DNA from: Candidatus Cloacimonadales bacterium
GTDB lineage: Bacteria; Cloacimonadota; Cloacimonadia; Cloacimonadales; JAFGVF01
Assembly (NCBI GenBank): GCA_041672585.1
Contig: JBAYZI010000001.1
Span: 1,014-65,013, forward strand
Length of the DNA stretch: 64,000 nucleotides
Direction: 5' to 3'
Below, in pieces: positions 41,001 to 44,240 of this stretch. The notes beneath the pieces were generated by a model. It had not been told where the DNA came from. It ran no database searches and saw only the letters and a list, made by a program, of their open reading frames with translations. Numbering within the stretch: the first letter of the stretch is position 1; every line of letters begins with the position of its first letter. Position numbers and translations under genes: made by a program.

Positions 41001-43124
41001 GAAAATATCAATGTTAGTATCCTTGCAATAACAGATGTTAACCCTGCTGGAATTCTTATCCAGACATCTAACCCTGTTCCTACCGCAAATGCTAATGAGT
41101 ATAGATTCGGTTTTGCTCAATTACAGCTTCCTAACTCACTCGGTTTGAAGATTAAAGTAAATGCAATTGATGATATCGATGTAAATAATGTTGCTGAACA
41201 AACATTCAGTTTAGATTATATGGATCCTGTTGTTACTGCTACTTCTCCTATAAACCCTGTAGTTAACTATGGTACTAACGCTCAAATCGCCTTCTCATTC
41301 ACAGACCCTCAAGGTCATTTCATTGATGACTATTTTGTACAACACTTCTCAGGTGCTTCAGGAATTGATATTTCAACTCTTGTTGTTACTCTTGATGGTG
41401 TAATTATAAATGGTGAAGTTAATAATGGTTCATTTGCTTATGCTGCTACAGACTTAATTCCTGGCGCACATACTGCAGTTGCTTCTATTAGTGACTTTGT
41501 CGGCAATACAGGTTCCGCAACAGCTAACTTTGAAGTTGTCGGTGGCCCTGCACCAGTCGTAACATTTAGCCCTCTTGCTAATGATACTTGGTGGATTACC
41601 ACTTCTCAACAATATGAATTAGGTTTAACAGTTGAATCAAACCATACAGGTACTGAAATTCATTCTGTTCTAGCTAACATCATAGAGTTACCTAACAACG
41701 AAGTTATCCAAGGACCTATCTCCGTTACTCTTGTAAACGGTGTAGGAACTATCAACTTCCACGGTGGCATCGTATCTGCTGACCAAACAGCAATTAAAGT
41801 TGTAGTTGTAGCTGTAAACGATTGGGCAATTGAAACTACTTCAAGTCAAACTTATCCAATCGATAACAGTAAACCTGAATTAACAATTGTTAACCCGGTT
41901 GAAAATTACTCAACTATAGTTGGAAATAGTGTTAATGTAAGTATTCTTGCAACAGACACAATGTCAGGCTTATTATCATCTTCAATAAAAGTTACTTCTC
42001 TTAACAGTGACTTTGAAGCTGAAGGAATTGATAGTGAAACTCCTGAATCATTTAACCTTGTTGTAACTCCTATAAAAGCTGGAACTTATGTAATCGAAGC
42101 TCAATCTAGAGACTTAGCCGGTAACGTAACTACTGTTACTAGAAACTTCGAAATCACAGCTCCTGCTCCAATCGTTACTATCTTCAATCTTGAAGAATCA
42201 AATGGTTGGGTTAACACACAAAACAATAATAGTATCACATTCACAGTTGATGGAAACGGTTCTGATTTAGATAACACATCTATTATGGCTAGCTTCATTG
42301 CTATTCCAAGTAATGTAGTTATCTATGAACCATTTACTGTTCAACCTACAAATGGTGAATATATCGTTGGAATCCACGGTGGTGTAATTCCTGCAGATGC
42401 AAGTGCAATTAAACTTGTTGTAACAGCTTCTAACGTGGCTGGTGGTAATGCTGTAGCAAACCACAGTTACCCAGTTGACTCTTACAGTCCTACTGTTGTA
42501 TTTGTATCTCCTGAAGCTAATACTGCATATACTCTTGCTGAGAATATGTTTGTAGAAGTTATGATGGAATTATCAGATGTTATGCCTACTGTAAAATCAA
42601 TGGCAACTTCAGGTTTAGACAAGTTAGAGATCATGGTCTATAACAGTGCTAACCAAGTAGTTGTTGATACTACAAAGACAAATGTCTCCAATGTTTACGT
42701 ATGCCGTGTTCCTGTAAGTGGCACAGGTCAATATCTTATTGAAGCAACCATCTATGATAGAGCTGGAAACAGAACTACCAAGATGATGAACTTCAATGTT
42801 GAAGTTGATTACTCTGCCATGAACTTAGAGTTCACTGCAAAACCTTATATGTACCCTTCACCTCTTCAAAGAGGAAGTGTTGGTACTTTCGTAATTCCTA
42901 CTACTAAAGAAGCTCAAGTTACTATTGAAATCTACGATTTCGCCGGTAAGCTTGCTCGTAAAATTAGCCATAACTCAATTGGTGGAAACACTAATAACAT
43001 GATTCAATTCGATGGAAGAACTGACGACGGCAAGAGTTTAGCTCGTGGTGCTTACTTCGCAAGAATTAGAGTGGTTGATGGTGCTTTGGAACTTAATAAG
43101 GTTGTTAAGATAGCAATTCAATAA
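26034..43124 (+). CDS. giant secreted cell-surface protein (5,696 aa) of tandem Ig-like (Big/cadherin-like) domains with C-terminal FlgD-Ig/T9SS-type sorting domain
   Basis: GGAGG RBS and signal peptide (ILILLFVMLTSLAFA). At least 17 domain-boundary motifs of the type VD-x-x-(A/V)-P, often preceded by D-x-x-G-N. Acidic, Cys-poor, N/T/V/D-rich. C-terminus VTIEIYDFAGKLARKI...FDGRTDDGKSLARGAYFARIRV. Confidence 0.85.
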   Translation: MFNKHPILILLFVMLTSLAFAATTVTATHVIYDSNNVVQEVAVVGSRVHFIVNMNSDATIDAVKIKSDNIIGASASIELAFSSKAAYTYEGDYIVVPGDVNKPIAGEVYQVFVYVDGGTDPINTQANYFLPIDNQIPFITNGLSTLIESPAGKTTFGIGDQVKFIFRRNWNDSTKDVVAATLDLTSIGGPAEVVTTRNIEIFTATYVLTENGILGGYTPSIVVPIKMTDINGNVSVVHASNVISGDAANNPYPADTSRPTFGNISDLQDNGQFRFSPGNDMFGIWDTEPNTISAKIEIPGFGQVGQTNKFVLLVQNENTDSNVGNIVFTAGASNVTIAGDVVTFVWDGKVDGSVLSEGIYGLTLVKLIDVAGNETTLESLPPVMNPQISQGQTELNALDFVVDNIAPLFENLNGTPSELRVFDSASDNQRYIINRLIDESTNAEGEENNFGPEDTVTSTDAVYFAFSVKRDFANDLEPERKEFVKYWVEVASVANPTMKRYFYPASTQLGGLVESKMAIPFVNTEAYATVNTKAEFSWSPSTLEYAAGDYTVTAYIQDNAGNIRTSVKTVALVNDYDGYVPPIIPPDPTDESLITSYKIASTHEGGANALDAMEGLIPIFYVNSYFPGGDMYFSTGSNHIDIEIEVSNVDNAEKVIFTRNNPNLPAQFNAQLTTFDANNRVTLSVPMSAFAETATGYFTYGSATSDIKIEVLTRNLENGEFNVYNVLAGNKQFKIVRPVQPVWPVIVNDIVDVVPHCISPGNPSWAYDAVTNPANEAGMPHNGTDHPFNDISFEIDASNVNYAWTLRVYDPDNPALVKSSTGVRLADSGVFNGSLQFANLTNSNNNIVGVLGSKLLNVELKVTPEGYTDTGYVAPQTAYSYADTRVDNENPVILGTDGNKYLPNPAGNTLFLANGINSFNFDIETNEHLVENGWSALVYNEDTLQLVPGAGVTITAVGSGDTFTCPNSGNVGYKNFNITAEIPAFADGVLENVNYTLILRTPNDFGGNPGRHNNPPYPYDADAWHTDSSEAFVHFVVLMEAPEVVTTSAAFYFVNSDNDSVLDKAAQAGNFQFNVSIKGYPGITPIATTRGVESYLCEVDFSKFTGVTTTAPQVVDLANGNWEIKYTGSYTGVAAGINTGDVIPIPVNLSLGFTPGDVAVHTNHDFTYNGVIYDNVAPIFTNNTVPNIVNENSVLTLKYKITDNIAGVQDDKVTIKCSDSALIPNNTVATALADNVYQWLITIPANYTTNTLTFNFVAKDMLDNTKTHSHIVDVIPIPTVSNVVVQNTNPAHPNIIKNGDKVKVSFNLTDAERIDAVNITLKNMPVFPITNYVDGYNELIINPFNTAGYAQYEFVTASVAIVHPYERLADNSSANNNAAAVKTFVDNNQVVISDLKFFENGVEKTDNVFSAEAHDDFYVEATFVAYDGHISANKLLLNYAGVVAGTPTLMSSPVQSTPVTGFPKNTFTYRWEKSKFDYAKFVDSVAPFMGYVDLNFNLEITSDYAFFTEYNEDARAILDVPTITNVEIFNVTAPDQLADHGNHIDILENNNKVKVTFDLTYANRISEAVITLNNGTTKTINAGLVNGVNTAIIDDFGIGNPEYVTLKVDELKIIHTNEHSVFESIDASTNTLVPFVDNYQVNIVDFRAFVNGSPTDNYFSIDSNQTVRFEADIIAHAGQLTTSNVVLKYKGITATSAQLDNTVLHSEPKTGFVKNTYTYSWDNADFDYANFSNQINGFEVVPFVIEARSDFDFVATPYNQDVVALNVPEYTFNGISPERYSGFDPDGWFAPEHDVRLTMTVVTPMSNINPRAEFDNITNNFPDVNWVAGDVTTTFVTVGGVNYYTHVVEWIEIPDVQACWNTYADGETVQVEIQYNDFYISTPISIFRDIKVDLEVPTYERYSIVQAAGTITDFATANAIPGINTLANHVGPHNFDLSLNNPADLNSYEFDGSLFVKRIVEDMNGVSVVEAGVALPTISGNWMTPELLGSEVVSPHEIALIWKFTPVDPTLVTNTDIVEIQFNQLEDLVGHLNYAGVYNSPSARYAEAGPITTINFIASQADVEGITAFQYDGIDRMNSETSPYISTGARIGLILEVEPHQNDNATVTSVEILADNYNLATNDWVTLVDNGNNQYFLGSDVFVNETSLGWLPLEYRITYSTNEVSQNSVSNVYNLIDVTSTNLVAISVWSETLGESGMYYVTPGDDATIKVVFSSNAPLIGTVLKPFVTLTDFSNILDMADPYVVPQSNITWDGTNWVAEVTGILVKDSHSLTSQEVSVTATNITGQMTSASGKVISYAGSGPIVPIIKHVELITDNAVNLLAVSGTQVVNPVVNVYINTVYQEFINNVTIDPIAGLAFSPYTVASTTDHDSKWLVTIPVTITDPTLFTEGDIVTLNITSIRDPFEITATVFEHHESLDVEVDGDEFDIVINNPGTQNPILGDFELLVDFSNFGETYDPAYVPVLADFVISSPQLVNDLNPTNMVGDVVSLTIDASDFTADAETLGSFDITVTYTNIYGFIKSETETILLDATAPVVIANGITFDSVSGPTSYAWGSVISYDKNWTSLTVELEDPVMFGTNGVGIATANISMALGIVTPSTPAFTNLTTSLNGNVLEFRFNGNYSGFDLAEGDYIITVNAVDALGNAYSDTQEFRYAHSPSGVTALTDPSIILNSGIDVGLEFLVNDPDGVVNTVEFQVYLDSNNDGDYIDDLANLVLQTSDSVYPYGFEWDLSNSIYTSYQYNPDYDLNSNGDNLDADENVRNYIVRVLTTSSQMRAVSDTYFTYSVADVTAPEVTDVLAAGFNPYQVVYDYITPANNNIDFTALVGTWTDVDYVELTVNGDLLTIDPATSFVNWVYDATDIGEVVITAQAFDFVGNVSAAADFSTVLTILNPSYDKFYNLTLIDYDNYDTDNSIANGTVYSPNNPLITNNVRLYAEYPNGLAGISEIQFYVNKIETATGIVSTLPVDNDASVNPQYGNDNIVSPINCWDETAGKWNSWITVDPAIYTNNGNYDGTDYTYEFYAVLIDSYTSIEVIQSGVTNVDTGFRVDYLKPTLTINAASVTHTSYTYYDAATDRLVFDLVDNDALAIDINVMIVDYNGINVADNTNIIVDPITNTVSIPWIGLNEIEGEGVITYNVTATDVNGNVSVVTPIDVFVDNQAPQTTIANLAYVTDADNGGAAMNSFHVYDGNPIAVIAENAENLTIQIDRAQILGLSSENTATWANRTQPWYNNANDDIYPPVNLYRNIDGAGWNLIAYDHEVDANNMYEFSITVDTGNIVEFAVIAEDTRGNIEGDVVVRDAFGNVLRPLNGTLEDEELTDAINLTVNVLYPIDITTTIVNHNADDVINGLALLTANVATPTDIISVEFQYLADGVWTALGTDDSMLDVDYKFSIDRDQIPYTVIPGVHVEIIDSNNIATMEEIWENGDNWSDTFTLLRDSYTVNYYVDANNDGVIDGNEIANYLIKTETIMADGYAYQFDTTTIVDGSYLFRVVPFDGLDATDDIAAAVPMNLIIDNTAPEYDVTALNFVTIDGYNVLDENVEFTLAYANANDVHMVRAWLVNIANPADNYRLVYETYAAYDVRTTDFSVNLTTLATPVPDGNYYLKVNVQDFNNNANIQSPVLYNDLHVDTNAPVITQVDNALNMSGIYTATHQFEVTYSDYLAQLLDVNNDALGVKEIEATFTHNAIVDVVDVKVSDDGTLVVFDWTPSQAMMDEVINGHDDILVNVDVKVTDHNDYVSDIFNAGTFVLRSAEVGAKIMVVSDFRNGVETYHQTSVTDNNEIHDVIGGNILNIYAFLPEGNNVIMPNNVSFEYWDGTNWVQYATNATWNPIASFTGTGTISGYSKYMEVNWNIANLDGDYTVRTVSEYGFGNIVNETHLHIWNSTIVPEIVVSTTDGAVTTEVNRGTEYIVSLGNIVSTHPEFLNQVNYMYRFLDANNNVASPWNQLSGFTADDYNWTIGMDYLFAEKVQLAVQVENIFNNIADQVSFIANGGTPYVVDIVDSEAPMITDLTVTQAGNPVVIDSWVAIANALDIAVTVDNAVLDLSSVVIALDGTEVYSVAYDTNNQVDPVAVNYTLDISALTTGTYQIEVITSDFVGHTYTEVFGFSVDTDVPTGALVLVENVNNEITRGVAYTFNANAMDNVTATDDLVINYFWSEANAAVWTPLTLDANNQWNIPQGWVIGASYDFKAEMEDEYNNVGETVVTYSVFDNITPLIANSTNNLVDGSIFNMNDEIVLTFDVDASNILNNNIELQYADVLNNTWMSLGTTPAVLNGVVSEVTFGNLGLPSGFYDFKALISDLAVPANQFDIDLASMVYFDADAPEVFFTNIDNTTEYVLGNNVSINADVNYTDGINNIAPLDVASVEFLVDGVSHTVVETAPYTFVWNTALLANVGTYTIEAIVTDNDNFTNNVLQNVVVVTPDENDPYAVITGFEFNNETISSDKMYAKVTNWGNNITSVVAQYTENNVDWIEFAINTTNNDPLYDFDFNAEAIQNAIAVKVLVKMNNNQESSLVYPLDVTFNNGMFDLTDANGDIEIHENNLVIVDTDSRPNVIRIDENGYAGYETINNNNEFNLVVNANDELPGYWLSGVANNAAWIKFVKLDTQIGTATNNGVTVTYNNPFWFVMLDNDMLLADHYAQLTDQVLVRSITNGNALYTLPITGTVAAEGDIVALAWDAVLADFVELDVTYNQTNATMTFTAPVNTVVTVGQYVGFEMFVTDFAPVNDDVYMNAGTLWTLPNVTMDFTVYHEETAQGYQLPAGFGLGNISITLNDGVNNVNNIALTNGVVSFDLINMNAGVNELMVNVEMNGFNANQTLTFSVDNTIPTIAIDQTVILSAAQRTLSATMQDAQTGLVDYNLVITNNAPAVAAVINVPMNEITVAGNVYSYELSIEELVTLVPQPMRSGRNNRAVASLNVQWTAVNNLDQINVVNANITANVVVNRPIITIDNSGFENGWWVNPAMSNQILMTVVPATGRTIALENINVSILAITDVNPAGILIQTSNPVPTANANEYRFGFAQLQLPNSLGLKIKVNAIDDIDVNNVAEQTFSLDYMDPVVTATSPINPVVNYGTNAQIAFSFTDPQGHFIDDYFVQHFSGASGIDISTLVVTLDGVIINGEVNNGSFAYAATDLIPGAHTAVASISDFVGNTGSATANFEVVGGPAPVVTFSPLANDTWWITTSQQYELGLTVESNHTGTEIHSVLANIIELPNNEVIQGPISVTLVNGVGTINFHGGIVSADQTAIKVVVVAVNDWAIETTSSQTYPIDNSKPELTIVNPVENYSTIVGNSVNVSILATDTMSGLLSSSIKVTSLNSDFEAEGIDSETPESFNLVVTPIKAGTYVIEAQSRDLAGNVTTVTRNFEITAPAPIVTIFNLEESNGWVNTQNNNSITFTVDGNGSDLDNTSIMASFIAIPSNVVIYEPFTVQPTNGEYIVGIHGGVIPADASAIKLVVTASNVAGGNAVANHSYPVDSYSPTVVFVSPEANTAYTLAENMFVEVMMELSDVMPTVKSMATSGLDKLEIMVYNSANQVVVDTTKTNVSNVYVCRVPVSGTGQYLIEATIYDRAGNRTTKMMNFNVEVDYSAMNLEFTAKPYMYPSPLQRGSVGTFVIPTTKEAQVTIEIYDFAGKLARKISHNSIGGNTNNMIQFDGRTDDGKSLARGAYFARIRVVDGALELNKVVKIAIQ

Positions 43125-43128
43125 AATT

Positions 43129-43150
43129 GGGAGGGGGTACGCCCCCTTCC
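43129..43150 (+). other. GC-rich stem-loop with a UACG tetraloop immediately 3' of the giant ORF
   Basis: GGGAGGGGG-tacg-CCCCCTTCC is a 9-bp stem including one G.U pair. It starts 5 nt after the stop codon and has no U-tract. It ends 22 nt before the next start codon. Confidence 0.6.
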
Positions 43151-43171
43151 TCTAATAATTTGGAGGAATAA

Positions 43172-44128
43172 ATGACTAAAAGTGTAAAAGTGATGATAAT
43201 TATAGCAGTGATGCTTGGTCTTGTTTCCGCTCTTATTGCTGATAATAACCATAATAACTCTGAACTCCGCATGGGGTATGGTGCAAAAGGTATGGCAATG
43301 GGTGGTACAGGTACTGCATATATGAATGATATCACAGCTGCCTACTGGAATCCTGCAGGCTTAGCTAAGATTGTGGATTATCAAGTAGGAATAGATTATA
43401 TGGACGGTATTGGCTTAGATAGAAATACAAGCTTTGCCGGCATGGGAATGAGATTTAAACATGGTTACATGGCTGTAAGCTGGCTAAACGCCGGTGCAAC
43501 TGACTTTGATGGGTACGATGATTTCGGTACTTCAACAGGTAGCTATGATTACCAAAAGAATAATATAAACTTAAGCTTAGCAACTCGCACAGGAAAGTTC
43601 CTTTGGGGTTCAAGTATTAAGATGATGTTTGATAATATCAATGATGACAAACAGAACGGCTTTGGTATTGACCTTGGCACAATGTATGAAATGAACGAAT
43701 ATATCTCTTTTGGCGCACATGTCAGAGACGTATTTAGTAAATTCAATAAAGTAAGTGTTCCAATGCAATATAATCTCGGTGTTGCAATATTCCCTGTTAG
43801 GGGTTTAACTGTATCCGGAGATTTAAGGCAAGAAGAAAGCAGCAAAGATATCACAGTGCACATGGGTGCTGAATACTGGACAAATATTGGTTCAGATACA
43901 GAAAGTGGTACCGGTTTAGGTACAATGAGAAACTCTTCTAGTAGCTCATGGGAAAATATGTTATCTGAAGTTCAGGCTGGTGTTAGAATTGGTGCTAATG
44001 ATGGACAATTTACTGCCGGATTTGGTATTAGATTTAGAGTTGTAGAAATGAACTATGCTTTTGTTAAAGAAGATTCCTCTGGAATCAACAAAGACAATCA
44101 TAGATATGGTTTAACATTCAGATTCTAA
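43172..44128 (+). CDS. outer-membrane beta-barrel protein, PorV/PorQ/FadL-like
   Basis: Signal peptide. Motif GAKGMAMGGTGTAYMNDITAAYWNPAGLA. Amphipathic beta-strand pattern and a C-terminal ...YGLTFRF. Same family signature as the 1962-2810 protein. Confidence 0.6.
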   Translation: MTKSVKVMIIIAVMLGLVSALIADNNHNNSELRMGYGAKGMAMGGTGTAYMNDITAAYWNPAGLAKIVDYQVGIDYMDGIGLDRNTSFAGMGMRFKHGYMAVSWLNAGATDFDGYDDFGTSTGSYDYQKNNINLSLATRTGKFLWGSSIKMMFDNINDDKQNGFGIDLGTMYEMNEYISFGAHVRDVFSKFNKVSVPMQYNLGVAIFPVRGLTVSGDLRQEESSKDITVHMGAEYWTNIGSDTESGTGLGTMRNSSSSSWENMLSEVQAGVRIGANDGQFTAGFGIRFRVVEMNYAFVKEDSSGINKDNHRYGLTFRF

Positions 44129-44137
44129 GATAGATTG

Positions 44138-44203
44138 TTTTGAGAGGGAATTTTCCCTCTCAAAACTTCTTTTAAGCTCTATGTGGTAGAGCTTAAAAGA
44201 AGT
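44138..44203 (+). other. two adjacent perfect hairpins in the barrel-ompA intergenic gap
   Basis: TTTTGAGAGGG-aatttt-CCCTCTCAAAA forms an 11-bp stem (44138-44165). ACTTCTTTTAAGCTCTA-tgtgg-TAGAGCTTAAAAGAAGT forms a 17-bp stem (44165-44203). Confidence 0.7.
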
Positions 44204-44240
44204 TTTGAATGAATGATAATTAATCAAAAAAGGAGATTTC

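Noticed and set aside
26648-42464. About 15 minus-strand and out-of-frame plus-strand ORFs of 60-116 aa inside the giant gene (e.g. 26648-26842, 35280-35528, 39291-39581, 40770-41120)
   Set aside because: All lie wholly inside a continuous 17-kb ORF with clear protein-domain periodicity. They lack SD sites and have low-complexity, Ile/Asn/Ser-rich translations, as expected from antisense reading of AT-rich coding DNA.
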